64,000 nt of DNA, from the NCBI GenBank assembly GCA_965205975.1, contig OZ242195.1, positions 2,560,001 to 2,624,000 of the forward strand, written 5' to 3'. The notes below the pieces were generated by a model. That model ran no database searches and was not told the origin of the DNA. It saw only the letters and a list, made by a program, of their open reading frames with translations. Position numbers and translations under genes: made by a program. Source of the DNA: Candidatus Latescibacterota bacterium (GTDB lineage Bacteria; Latescibacterota; UBA2968). This document shows positions 19,831 through 29,885 of the stretch, one piece after another (the first letter of the stretch is position 1; the number at the start of each line of letters is the position of its first letter).

Positions 19831-19898
19831 GTCAGAATCAGGATGTGCAGAGCCTGCACTGGAATGGTTCTATCCAGTGATGGAAGGATGAACAGGAT
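19831..19898 (+). repeat. GTCAGAATCAGGAT...(A)GGAT-type intergenic repeat containing an inserted small hairpin
   Basis: Recurring AGGAT units interrupted by GAGCCTGCACTGGA-N9-TCCAGTG. Confidence 0.45.
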
Positions 19899-20171
19899 CA
19901 ATCATTCGGATAGAATAAACATCAATCCACTTTGACCGTCAATAGTCTATGAATCAGCTTCCGACCACGGCAAAGATGTCCGCGCCTTTAGAGACATAGC
20001 TTTCACTTTGCCGCCAATCCAGAGATCAAAATATCCACTTTTTTATTCAAAATTCGCTTTGATCCATCTCCACTTCAACAGGCGATCCTGAAATTCAAAC
20101 ACTTAATAACCAAATGAAAAATAAAAGGTTAGCGTATCTAAACCTGCTATTTATTGTCCAATTTCATGACA

Positions 20172-20188
20172 TTGGCATAAGGTTTGCC
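20172..20188 (+). promoter_or_regulatory. Sigma54-type -24/-12 promoter upstream of Rpn copy 1
   Basis: TTGGCATAAGGTTTGC = GG-N10-GC. Confidence 0.65.
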
Positions 20189-20306
20189 CAAGATCTGAGG
20201 GTTGCAAATAGACACGCACCAGTAGTTCGTAGGAGCGAAATATCTTTCGCCCGTCCAGCCTGAGCGTCATGTATTCAGAAAGACTCATAGATCCAGGGCT
20301 TCCCAC

Positions 20307-21200
20307 ATGGCAAAATACGATACCATCTCCAAACACTTCATCCAAACCTACCCTCAAGACTTCATCCAACTCTCTCTCCAACGAGACGCCGTCAAAGTCC
20401 TCGACATCCTCGACACAGAGCAACCAACAACACAAACACACCACATGGATAGCCTTATCAAAGTCATGATTTCAGGCGAGGAAGCATTGGTACATCACGA
20501 GTTTCAAACCACGACCGATCCGACAATGCCCATCCGAATGGCTGGCTATATCATCAGAGCCATTGAGAGACATAATCTGCCGATCTATTCCAGGGTGATC
20601 TACTTGCGCCCCAATGCGGGAAAGAACGATCCAGGATACTACATCCAAGACTTGCCCGGCCATAAAATTGAGATTCAATACAGAGTGATTCGACTCAGCG
20701 AGATCGACGGACAACGTATTCTGGATGAGGGACATGCGGGCTTGTTTCCATTCACACCATTGATGAAACCACCTGAAGGAACAGGTTCCGAGGCGTGGTT
20801 GCATCGATGTGTTGACGTGACCAATGCCCTGCCGTTGGAAGAATCAATAAAGGTTGACATTTTGAGTGGGTTGACGATATTGAGTGGGTTGGGGTATGAG
20901 TCGGACACAATCAATCGAATAATCATTCAGGAGGGTCTTATGGATGCGATTATGCGCGAGTCATCGTTTGCCCAATACATTATGAAACAAGCCAGAGAAG
21001 AAGGCATTGAACAAGGCGAAATAAAAAGCACGCTTGCCGATATCCGCGAAGTATTGGAGATACGCTTTGGTCTGACCGAGGCGCACCCCATATCTGATCG
21101 CCTTGCCGCGGTTGAAGATTTGCAACGTCTCAAGCAGTTGCACCGTTTGTCGGTGCAGGTATCCAGCCTTGAGGCATTTCAGCAAGCGTTGGATAGGTGA
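20307..21200 (+). CDS. Rpn/YhgA-like recombination-promoting nuclease (PD-(D/E)XK), copy 1
   Basis: YD..SK, MDSLIKV, HHEFQT, MP.RM.GY, VIYL, REEGIEQG tail; internal AGGAGG-N5-ATG at 20940. Confidence 0.85.
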   Translation: MAKYDTISKHFIQTYPQDFIQLSLQRDAVKVLDILDTEQPTTQTHHMDSLIKVMISGEEALVHHEFQTTTDPTMPIRMAGYIIRAIERHNLPIYSRVIYLRPNAGKNDPGYYIQDLPGHKIEIQYRVIRLSEIDGQRILDEGHAGLFPFTPLMKPPEGTGSEAWLHRCVDVTNALPLEESIKVDILSGLTILSGLGYESDTINRIIIQEGLMDAIMRESSFAQYIMKQAREEGIEQGEIKSTLADIREVLEIRFGLTEAHPISDRLAAVEDLQRLKQLHRLSVQVSSLEAFQQALDR

Positions 21201-21225
21201 TTTGAATAGATGGTGAGGACACAGA

Positions 21226-21263
21226 AGGCGGGGGATTGTCGAATCCCTCGCCTTTTGTTTTTT
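21226..21263 (+). terminator. Intrinsic terminator after Rpn copy 1
   Basis: AAGGCGGGGATT...AATCCCTCGCCTT followed by T-tract. Confidence 0.7.
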
Positions 21264-21403
21264 ATAGTTCGGATAGAATTAGTGCAAATTTTACCCTGCA
21301 TGTCACCATCTGAGTCAAGCGAAAATGCCATTGACATTTCACGATATAGCGAATTATTTGTAACAGACAGTACATACGGAGTTTACGGGGAGGAAAATAG
21401 ACA

Positions 21404-22480
21404 ATGCAGACACTGGACGATTGTATTAAAGAGATCCGAAATGATTCCAATATTTCTACCTGGAACGAAGCGCAAGCCAAAGAATGGATCATTCGTCCTG
21501 TCCTGGATTTGCTCGGTTGGGGGCGTCGTGAGATCATACCGGAGTATGGCGTTGAAGCTCGAAGAGTGGATTATGCCTTGCAGATCAATGGAGACAATGA
21601 AGTATTTATTGAAGCCAAGAAACCGGGCGAGGACTTGGAAAATCATCAAAAACAACTCCTTGATTATTCCTTTGGAAACGGCGTTGATTTGGCAATTTTG
21701 ACAAACGGGATTGCATGGTGGTTTTATCTTCCTTTAAAAAAGGGTGCTTGGAATAACCGCAAATTTTATACCATTAACATTTTGGAACAAGAGACAAAGG
21801 ATATTGTTGAAAAATTTAGCCATTTACTTTCTCGTGAAAATGTTGAGTCTGGTGGAGCAGTTCGACAAGCCGAATCTATTCTGAAGAGCCGTCAAAGAAA
21901 GAAAATAGTAAAAGAAAACCTACCTAAAGCATGGAATAAAGTAATTAAAAGCGCCGTCTCGCCAGATTCATTACTTGTAGATCTTTTGGCAGAGACAGTA
22001 GAGGAAGTGTGTGGCTTCCAGCCTGCAGGTGATGAAATTTTGGGGTTCATTCGTTCTCACCAAGAAAAATGGCTCTTATCCCCTGAACTGGAACCGAAAG
22101 TTCTACCGCCTATAAACCACTCCGATTCCGCAACCGGATCCCAGAACAAAAATCAAACTGAGAGACCCAAACGGATACAAATAGACGGTGCGAGTTATGA
22201 GTTAGAATATAAATATGAAATTCTTGTAAATACTGCGAATTGGTTGATCGACAACGGTCATTTAAAACCCTCAGAATGTCCCGTAAAACTAACCTCCCGA
22301 TCAAAGATTTATTTTATTAATCGCCTGCCAGAACGGGCACCAGATCTTAAATTTTGGCGGCCACAGAAACTAAAAAACGGTCTCTTTATTGAAGCAGACC
22401 GCAGCGACATAGCTATTGAAAATGCCCAAAAATTGCTAAAAAAATACGGATACGACCCGGGAATACTAAAAGTAGAGTAA
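21404..22480 (+). CDS. Stand-alone HsdR_N-type PD-(D/E)XK endonuclease with a separate C-terminal domain
   Basis: NEAQ....I.P.L..LGW, PEY, VDYAL, FIEAKK, ILTNG..W.FY; low GC. Confidence 0.8.
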   Translation: MQTLDDCIKEIRNDSNISTWNEAQAKEWIIRPVLDLLGWGRREIIPEYGVEARRVDYALQINGDNEVFIEAKKPGEDLENHQKQLLDYSFGNGVDLAILTNGIAWWFYLPLKKGAWNNRKFYTINILEQETKDIVEKFSHLLSRENVESGGAVRQAESILKSRQRKKIVKENLPKAWNKVIKSAVSPDSLLVDLLAETVEEVCGFQPAGDEILGFIRSHQEKWLLSPELEPKVLPPINHSDSATGSQNKNQTERPKRIQIDGASYELEYKYEILVNTANWLIDNGHLKPSECPVKLTSRSKIYFINRLPERAPDLKFWRPQKLKNGLFIEADRSDIAIENAQKLLKKYGYDPGILKVE

Positions 22481-22617
22481 TGAAATCCTGAAGTTTGAAG
22501 ACCACCGCCCGCACAGCGCGTGAGTCCGTCTCGCACCGAACATTCTTATGGCATCCAACTCTGAAGGCCACTACTTGGCTTACTACCACAAAAACGATTT
22601 GCGCTGTGCAAGCCCCC

Positions 22618-22682
22618 CGCAGGGGCGCCCTTTTTTTGCTTCGTTTTTTTGGGCGCGCAAAAAAATGAAGTCGCCGAAGGCA
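22618..22682. repeat. Palindromic intergenic repeat (TTTTTTGCTTCGTTTTTTTGGGCGCGCAAAAAAATGAAG type)
   Basis: CTTCGTTTTTTTG / CAAAAAAATGAAG inverted arms. Confidence 0.5.
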
Positions 22683-22790
22683 TAAAAATTAAAATAGAAT
22701 GGCATACCTCCCAGACTAACCGAAGGCAAGAAACAATAATTCATCCCCAAACGAACAAACATCTGAACCTCAGCGAGAGGCAGGCTCCCC

Positions 22791-23765
22791 ATGAAAATAC
22801 TCATCACCGGCATCACAGGGCGTATCGGCGGCAACCTGGCGGCGCAACTCGTTGAACAGGGGCATCAAGTTCGCGGGCTTGTGTGGCCCAAAGATCCGCG
22901 CGTAGAAAAATTTGGGGGCATCGACCTCGAACTCATCGAAGGTAGCCTCACCGAATATGAAGACGTGGAAAAAGTCACAGACGGCGTCGATATCATCTAT
23001 CACCTCGGCGCGGCCTTTCAGGGGGGCGGCCCATTTGAAGACAACGACTACTTTGAAATCAACCTGCGCGGCACCTTCCACATGCTCAAAGCCGCACAAC
23101 AACGCAACATCAAACAATTCATCTTTGCAAGCACAGACGCACTCTACGCCAAATATCCCCCTGAAGGAATGGACAAACCCATCCGGGAAGACGCAATGCC
23201 CCGAGAACCGAGCGGTTGGTACGCCCTATCCAAATCCGTCGGCGAAGAAATGTGCTACGGATACTGGCGCGCCCACCAACTGCCCATCACCGTCTTGCGC
23301 TTTTGCCTCGTCGTCGGAGCGGGCGAAATCCTCGACTTCCGCCAATTTTACCTGAGCAAACTCAAAGGACTTCCCGAACTCAAAGCACTGTGGCGAGGCG
23401 AAGAACGCCTCCTCCTCCTCAAAGACATGAAAGGCCGCTCCTACAAAAAACACATCGCGGACGTGCGCGACATAGTACACGGCTGCATCTGTGCCTTAAA
23501 CAAAACACAAGCCGCCGGACACGCCATTCAACTCGGCGGACCACGACCATTCACATGGGCCGAAGCCATCCCGTATTTATCCCAACGCCTGAACATCCCC
23601 TATCAGGAAGCCATCTTACACGGCGCACCCACACATTACGAATACGACCTGACCAAAGCACGCGACCTGATCGGCTTTAATCCGCAATACGACATCATCC
23701 GCATGATCGAAGACGCCATTGCCTATCGAGAGGGCAAAACCATCAACGTCTTGCCCACGGAATAG
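22791..23765 (+). CDS. NAD-dependent epimerase/dehydratase (extended SDR)
   Basis: ILITGITGRIG, HLGA, FAST, YALSK. Confidence 0.9.
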   Translation: MKILITGITGRIGGNLAAQLVEQGHQVRGLVWPKDPRVEKFGGIDLELIEGSLTEYEDVEKVTDGVDIIYHLGAAFQGGGPFEDNDYFEINLRGTFHMLKAAQQRNIKQFIFASTDALYAKYPPEGMDKPIREDAMPREPSGWYALSKSVGEEMCYGYWRAHQLPITVLRFCLVVGAGEILDFRQFYLSKLKGLPELKALWRGEERLLLLKDMKGRSYKKHIADVRDIVHGCICALNKTQAAGHAIQLGGPRPFTWAEAIPYLSQRLNIPYQEAILHGAPTHYEYDLTKARDLIGFNPQYDIIRMIEDAIAYREGKTINVLPTE

Positions 23766-23800
23766 GAGCAGGATGGAAGGACCAAACCAAGAGGAAACAG

Positions 23801-25306
23801 ATGTCTCAACCCAACATACTCATGATCATCTCAGACCAGATGACGCCATTTCTCACGGGTGCTTATGCCCATCCCGTCGTCCAAACGCCTGCGCTAAACG
23901 CGCTGGCAGAAAACGGCATTCGCTTTGATGCGGCCTATACCCCCTTCCCGCTCTGTTCACCCGCGCGAGCCTGCTTCATGACGGGAAACAACGCCGCAAA
24001 AATTGGCGCGTATGACAACGGTGCTGAACTCCGCTCGGACATCCCCACATTTGCCCACCACCTTACCCGCGCCGGATATGACACCGTCCTCTCCGGCAAA
24101 ATGCACTTCATAGGCGCAGATCAACTCCACGGCTTCAGACGCCGCCTCACCACAGACATCTACCCGGAAGATTTCCGGTGGGTCAAACCCGAGTGGATAC
24201 ACATCAAAGAAACCAGAGGAGAAAATTACCAGGCCGTCATGGAACAGCGGGGCAGGTATAACGCCTCAAATTACGACGGACACAAGCTCCAAATCGACAC
24301 CTGGCACGGTCCTCTCAGCTACGACGAAGAAACGCACTTCCGATCACTGGAATACCTCCACGCGGTTGGCACACAGAAAAATCCCAAACCCTTCCTCCTG
24401 TGTGCGTCTTACCACCATCCCCACGAACCCTTCTGGCCGCCACAGTCCTATTGGGATATGTACGAAAATGCGGACATCGAAATACCCACCTTACCAGACA
24501 ACCTGGACGACACATACTCCATCATGGACAAATGGCTCAACGCCTATCACGGCACGCGCAAACACAACCTGCGCGACCCGGACGCCCTCTACAAACTCCG
24601 CCGAGCCTATTACGGACTCGTCACATACATGGACGACAAAGTCGGGGAACTACTCGCCTCACTCAAAGAAAATGGCCTGGACGACAACACCATTGTCATC
24701 TTCTTTTCCGATCATGGCGACATGCTCTGCGAAAAAGAAATGGTCCAAAAACGAACCTTCTACGACTGGTCCAGCCGCGTACCCTTCTTTATCCGCTTTC
24801 CAGACCATTACAAAGCCGGCAGCACAATCGACCAGCCCGTCTCGCTCATTGACCTGTTGCCCACCCTATGCGACATAGCGGGATTGGAAGACCACTACCC
24901 CTGCGATGGCACCAGCCTGATGCCGCTCATTGAAGGCGCGGAAACAGAAGACCGAGAAATTATTGTCGAAGCCCACGAAGCAGTCGGCACTCCCTGTGTC
25001 ATGATTCGCAAAAACAATTACAAATACAACCACATCCACGGACACGAACCACAGCTTTTTGACCTCGACGCCGACCCGGGCGAATGGAATAATCTCAGCG
25101 GCCAGCCAGACCATGCAAAAATCGAAACCTATCTTCGCAAGCGCATCCTCGAAAACTATGACCTCGACGCCATAGCCGAAGCCAATTTAGACAGCCTGTA
25201 TCGCAGGCAACTCATCCACGAGGCAATGCAAGCCAACGGCACATCCTGGGCGTACAATCCGAGCTTTGACCCAACCAAAAACGCACAGACACAGTACCTA
25301 CCATAA
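23801..25306 (+). CDS. Sulfatase, choline-sulfatase (BetC)-like
   Basis: PLCSPAR, GKMHFIG.DQLHGF..RLTTDIYP.DF.W, YDEE, HPHEP, SDHGDM. Confidence 0.88.
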   Translation: MSQPNILMIISDQMTPFLTGAYAHPVVQTPALNALAENGIRFDAAYTPFPLCSPARACFMTGNNAAKIGAYDNGAELRSDIPTFAHHLTRAGYDTVLSGKMHFIGADQLHGFRRRLTTDIYPEDFRWVKPEWIHIKETRGENYQAVMEQRGRYNASNYDGHKLQIDTWHGPLSYDEETHFRSLEYLHAVGTQKNPKPFLLCASYHHPHEPFWPPQSYWDMYENADIEIPTLPDNLDDTYSIMDKWLNAYHGTRKHNLRDPDALYKLRRAYYGLVTYMDDKVGELLASLKENGLDDNTIVIFFSDHGDMLCEKEMVQKRTFYDWSSRVPFFIRFPDHYKAGSTIDQPVSLIDLLPTLCDIAGLEDHYPCDGTSLMPLIEGAETEDREIIVEAHEAVGTPCVMIRKNNYKYNHIHGHEPQLFDLDADPGEWNNLSGQPDHAKIETYLRKRILENYDLDAIAEANLDSLYRRQLIHEAMQANGTSWAYNPSFDPTKNAQTQYLP

Positions 25307-25322
25307 CGAACAGGAGCAACCA

Positions 25323-26237
25323 ATGTCCAACAACACACCATTCATCGTCGATAAAAACCTCGGCGTCAACATGACCGTCGGGCCAGAAGACCTCACGCAA
25401 ACCAACGCCGATGGAGAAGCCGTCATCGCGCCGACGCAAGAGGAAAAATATCTCTTTGATGCGCGCGGCTGGTTGCTTTTTCCGGGGATCTTATCCGATG
25501 ACGACATACGCGACATGCGCGAATATGCGCTACAGGTCAAACACGACCCGCAATCGCTGCCCGAACACGAACAATCCTACCTGGCAGGTCCCTTGCAAAA
25601 ACTCGCCGACCACCCCATAGTCGTCGGCTTTATGAACGAATTTGTCGCACATCCCCATCTCGCCAGTCCCGATGGCTACGGCTTTCGCATGGAAGCATCC
25701 GGCATCCGATTCCGCTCGACGCGCACCGGAGAAGTCGGCAGATTTAGCCCGCACAATGGCAACGGCCTGTTTCGCTTTGCAATCGACTCGCACCACTATC
25801 AGTGCATCCCCGGCAAAGCCTATAGCGGTCTAACCCGCGTAGTCTGGGAACTCGCCCCTGTACAAAAAGGCAAAGGCGGCACACTGGTGGTCAGCGGCAG
25901 CCACAAAGCAGTTTATGCCGCGCCAGAATCTATCCACGACCCAAACTCGCCCATCTGGGACACCTATGAATGCCCGGCTGGCTCACTGCTCATTTTCACC
26001 GAAGCCATCACCCACAGCGCCACGCCCTGGACAGATGAAACAACCGACCGCGTTGCCATCTTCAACCTCTACAACACCATCGGCGCCAAATGGAGCAACT
26101 GGCATCCACATCCAGACCTGCTCGCCTCCATGCCGCCCAAACGCCAGAGCCTGTTTCGAGACGTGCGCTGTGCGGGCAATCGCATTGGCGGCAACGGACG
26201 CTATCACGGCGCAAATCTCAGTGAGATGAAAAAATAA
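25323..26237 (+). CDS. PhyH-like Fe(II)/2OG enzyme with atypical HNG motif
   Basis: EEKYLFD.RGW, PHNG, GGT....GSHKA, FTEAITH...W.....R; ATG after GGAG. Confidence 0.8.
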   Translation: MSNNTPFIVDKNLGVNMTVGPEDLTQTNADGEAVIAPTQEEKYLFDARGWLLFPGILSDDDIRDMREYALQVKHDPQSLPEHEQSYLAGPLQKLADHPIVVGFMNEFVAHPHLASPDGYGFRMEASGIRFRSTRTGEVGRFSPHNGNGLFRFAIDSHHYQCIPGKAYSGLTRVVWELAPVQKGKGGTLVVSGSHKAVYAAPESIHDPNSPIWDTYECPAGSLLIFTEAITHSATPWTDETTDRVAIFNLYNTIGAKWSNWHPHPDLLASMPPKRQSLFRDVRCAGNRIGGNGRYHGANLSEMKK

Positions 26238-26272
26238 ACAGGTCATTAAAACAAAAAATTCTGGAGACTTTT

Positions 26273-27589
26273 ATGCCAAATTTATCTAACCGTCCCAACA
26301 TCCTCTTCTTCTTTCCCGACCAACTGCGCTTTGACTGGATCGGCAGCAATCCCGACATAGCGGTACGCACGCCCAACCTGGATCGCCTTGAAAAAAACGG
26401 GGCGACATTCTCCAAAACTGTCTGTCCCGCACCCGTATGCGCGCCCAGTCGCGCTTGTGTTGCAGCCGGCACAGAATACGACAACTGCCCGGTCAAAGGA
26501 AACAGCGACGACTACCCCACAGACCGCGCCACTGTTTACAGCATGCTCCGCGACAGCGGATACCACACACTGGGATGCGGAAAATTCGACCTCAACAAAG
26601 GCACCTGCACATCCAACCTGCCAGCCTGGGGACTGGATGGCAAACACCATTTGAACGAATGGGGATTCTCAGACGGCGTCAACAACGAAGGCAAAATAGA
26701 CGGCGCCAACAGCGGGCGCGAAAAACCGCAAGGACCCTATTTGCAATACCTCGAAGAGCGCGGCCTGCGCCAGATGCACCTCAACGACTTTGCCAACCGC
26801 AAAGGCCAGCGCAGCACCTTTCCCACGCCACTGCCCGATGACGCCTATTGCGACAACTGGATCGGGCAAAATGGCCGGGACCTCATACAATCGGTCCCCG
26901 AGGGCAAACCCTGGTTCATACAGGTCAATTTCAACGGCCCCCACCTGCCCCTGGACATCACGGAAAGCATGGCAAAACTCTACGAAAACGTCGATTTTCC
27001 GCAGCCGAACCGCAATGACCAGCTCACACCCGATGAACTCCTCGAAGCCAGGCGAAACTACTCCGCCATGGTCGAAAACATCGACCATCAGGTCGGTCTC
27101 TACTTAGACCTGCTCGAAGAACGGGGCGAATTGGACAATACCCTCATCGTCTTTTCCTCGGATCACGGTGAAATGCTCGGCGACCACAACGCCTGGGGCA
27201 AGGGCAAACCCCTGCACCCCTCGGCCAGCGTGCCCCTCGTCATCTCGGGACCCGGTGTACAACAGGGCATAACCCATGACCTGCCCACAACCAACCTGGA
27301 CCTCACCGCCACCTTCCTCGACTACGCGGGCTTGGGCATCCCCGACGACATGGACAGCCGATCCCTCCGCAACCTCCTCAAAGGCAATACTACCACACAT
27401 CGAGACATCGTCCTATCCGGTCTTGGCAACTGGCGCATGGCTTATGACGGCCGCTACAAATACATCGAAGGATTCGGCGACACACCCATGCTCTTTGACC
27501 TGGACACCGATCCCCTCGAAAACAACAATATCATCGACGACCCCGGCGTCTCAGCGCATATTGAGCGATTAAAAGCAGAGTTGATATAA
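26273..27589 (+). CDS. Sulfatase (Cys-type)
   Basis: PNILFFFPDQ, VCAPSRA, GPH.P, SDHGEMLGDH. Confidence 0.92.
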   Translation: MPNLSNRPNILFFFPDQLRFDWIGSNPDIAVRTPNLDRLEKNGATFSKTVCPAPVCAPSRACVAAGTEYDNCPVKGNSDDYPTDRATVYSMLRDSGYHTLGCGKFDLNKGTCTSNLPAWGLDGKHHLNEWGFSDGVNNEGKIDGANSGREKPQGPYLQYLEERGLRQMHLNDFANRKGQRSTFPTPLPDDAYCDNWIGQNGRDLIQSVPEGKPWFIQVNFNGPHLPLDITESMAKLYENVDFPQPNRNDQLTPDELLEARRNYSAMVENIDHQVGLYLDLLEERGELDNTLIVFSSDHGEMLGDHNAWGKGKPLHPSASVPLVISGPGVQQGITHDLPTTNLDLTATFLDYAGLGIPDDMDSRSLRNLLKGNTTTHRDIVLSGLGNWRMAYDGRYKYIEGFGDTPMLFDLDTDPLENNNIIDDPGVSAHIERLKAELI

Positions 27590-28929
27590 TGAACAACCAT
27601 CGCCCCAACATCCTCTTCTTCTGCTCTGACCAGCACCAGACCGCTGCATCGGGTTGTTATGGTCACGCAGAAGTACAAACCCCGAATATCGACCGCATTG
27701 CCGCATCTGGTATCCGCTTTAACAGAGCCTACTGTCAGTCTCCCGTCTGTGTGCCCGCACGCGGCTCAATCATCACCGCGCAATACCCACACACTCACGG
27801 CGCGCGCATCTTACAAGACGCACTATCTCCCAACACATGCACCATTGCCCATCACTTTGCCGAACACGGCTATCAAACCGGGGCAATAGGCAAAATGCAC
27901 TTTGTGGATGAAACGCAAAAACACGGCTTTGATTACCGCCTTGAAATGGGAGACTTCAGAAAAACACTCACAGATAAAGAATGGCGGGAACTGCGTCGGG
28001 ACCAGGGCGGCGGAGGTGGCACATCGGGACGACCGTCCAAATTATCAGCGCGGTATTTTCAAGACACGTATTACGCCGACGAAACCGTGCGGTATCTGCG
28101 CGAAAAAAGGGATCCCGATAAACCCTTTATCCTCTGGTCATCCTACTTCATGCCGCACACGCCCCTCATCCCCATGCAGCAATACTTCGACCTCTACAAT
28201 CCCGAAACCCTCACCCTGCCCCAACGCAGCGGCAACGCGCTGGAAACCGGTTTTGAAGGCCACCTCATGCGCGCAAAACAGCGGGGGTGGTACGCGCAAA
28301 CAGACGAAGAACTCGGCCACGCACTCGCCGGATACTACGGCAACATCAGCCAGATGGATGCGTGCATCGGCAAAGTACTCGACACACTCTACGACCTCGG
28401 CCTCGACCAGAACACCATCATCGTCTATACCTCAGACCACGGCGAAATGGCCGGCGCACATCGCATGTGGACCAAACACAACATGTACGAACAATCGGTC
28501 TGCGTACCGCTCATCATCCGCCTGCCCGGAGACATTCACGCCCACACCTCGCACGATCATCTCGTCGAACATGTGGATATCTACCCCACACTCGCCGAAT
28601 TGTGCAACCTGCCCATCCCGGAAAATATCCACGGGCGTAGCTTTGCCCCCTTATTTGACAACCGAATCTACCAGCCGCGCGAATACGCCTACTCCGAATA
28701 CGATTTTTGTCACGGCGTCTTCACGCGAGACAATCGGTATGTGGGTAAACCGCCAATCCTCATGGTCCGCACAGATCGCTGGAAACTCAATTATCTGAGC
28801 TGGGCACGCTCTGAACTCTTTGACCTGGAGAACGACCCGAATGAATTTCGCAACGTCATTGACGACCCCGCAAATGTTAGTATCGCGCGCGAACTCACCG
28901 ACATTGCGAAACAGATGTATGAAAAATAA
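27589..28929 (+). CDS. Sulfatase (Cys-type)
   Basis: PNILFFCSDQH, VCVPARG, GKMH, PHTP, SDHGEM. Confidence 0.92.
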   Translation: MNNHRPNILFFCSDQHQTAASGCYGHAEVQTPNIDRIAASGIRFNRAYCQSPVCVPARGSIITAQYPHTHGARILQDALSPNTCTIAHHFAEHGYQTGAIGKMHFVDETQKHGFDYRLEMGDFRKTLTDKEWRELRRDQGGGGGTSGRPSKLSARYFQDTYYADETVRYLREKRDPDKPFILWSSYFMPHTPLIPMQQYFDLYNPETLTLPQRSGNALETGFEGHLMRAKQRGWYAQTDEELGHALAGYYGNISQMDACIGKVLDTLYDLGLDQNTIIVYTSDHGEMAGAHRMWTKHNMYEQSVCVPLIIRLPGDIHAHTSHDHLVEHVDIYPTLAELCNLPIPENIHGRSFAPLFDNRIYQPREYAYSEYDFCHGVFTRDNRYVGKPPILMVRTDRWKLNYLSWARSELFDLENDPNEFRNVIDDPANVSIARELTDIAKQMYEK

Positions 28930-28960
28930 TGCTATAAACCAACACAACGAGGAGTACATC

Positions 28961-29884
28961 ATGCCTATTTTTCAAACACCCGACGGCACAAAAGTCAGAA
29001 TGAGCGGAAAAGAACTCGTATTTGGTGAAACCATCTTCTCGCCGAGGGAATCCAACGACATCCTCGCAGACACGGAAGCACTGAGACAGCGAATGGAAGA
29101 AGACGGATATCTCATCATTCGCAACTTCCACAACCGCGAAGACATCATGAAAGCGCGAAAAGAAATTATCGATCACATGGAAAGTCAGGGTCTGCTCGCC
29201 GCGGGATCCACACTTGAAGATGCCATCATCGGCGATAGAAAACGCTCCATGCGCTTCAAAGACAGCCTGGTCAAAACATGGCCCGGCTTTCTCAATATCG
29301 TCGATGGCAAAAACACAATGGACTTCTTCGGCCGCTTTTTGGGCGGACCCGCCCTCTCGCTCGATCACAAATGGCTGCGCGCCATCAGAACAGGGGGCAA
29401 TGCGGGAATGCACTGCGACATCGTATATATGGGCGCGGGCACCAACAATCTCTATACCATGTGGACAGCGCTGGGCGCTATCTCCCTCGACATGGGACCG
29501 CTCGCCCTCTGCCTGGGATCCCACAAACTCGAACATCTCCGCAATACCTACGGCGCATCGGATGCACACGACGACTTGATCCAGGGCGCGTTCTCCAACG
29601 ACCCCTACGATGTCATAGAAACCCTCGGCACCACATGGGCCGCCACGCCATTTCAAGCCGGTGATGTCGTCATCTTCGGCATGTATTTCATGCACGCCTC
29701 TCTCGAAAACACCACCAACCGCTTTCGCATCAGCAGCGACACGCGCTACCAACTCGCCGCAGAAGCCACGGACCAGCGACACATGGGCAAAGACCCCGAC
29801 GTAATACCCAAAGCAGACCTGTCCGAACGCAAGTCCATCGAAGAATACCGTGCGGAATGGGGATTGGCGAAGGAGACCTCTTGA
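28961..29884 (+). CDS. PhyH family Fe(II)/2OG dioxygenase
   Basis: KWLRA, HCDIVYMG, GSH, MHASLEN...RISSDTRYQ; ATG after GAGGAG. Confidence 0.88.
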   Translation: MPIFQTPDGTKVRMSGKELVFGETIFSPRESNDILADTEALRQRMEEDGYLIIRNFHNREDIMKARKEIIDHMESQGLLAAGSTLEDAIIGDRKRSMRFKDSLVKTWPGFLNIVDGKNTMDFFGRFLGGPALSLDHKWLRAIRTGGNAGMHCDIVYMGAGTNNLYTMWTALGAISLDMGPLALCLGSHKLEHLRNTYGASDAHDDLIQGAFSNDPYDVIETLGTTWAATPFQAGDVVIFGMYFMHASLENTTNRFRISSDTRYQLAAEATDQRHMGKDPDVIPKADLSERKSIEEYRAEWGLAKETS

Positions 29885-29885
29885 A

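Noticed and set aside
21404..22480. Complete type I restriction-modification system
   Set aside because: No helicase motifs, hsdM or hsdS in the window.
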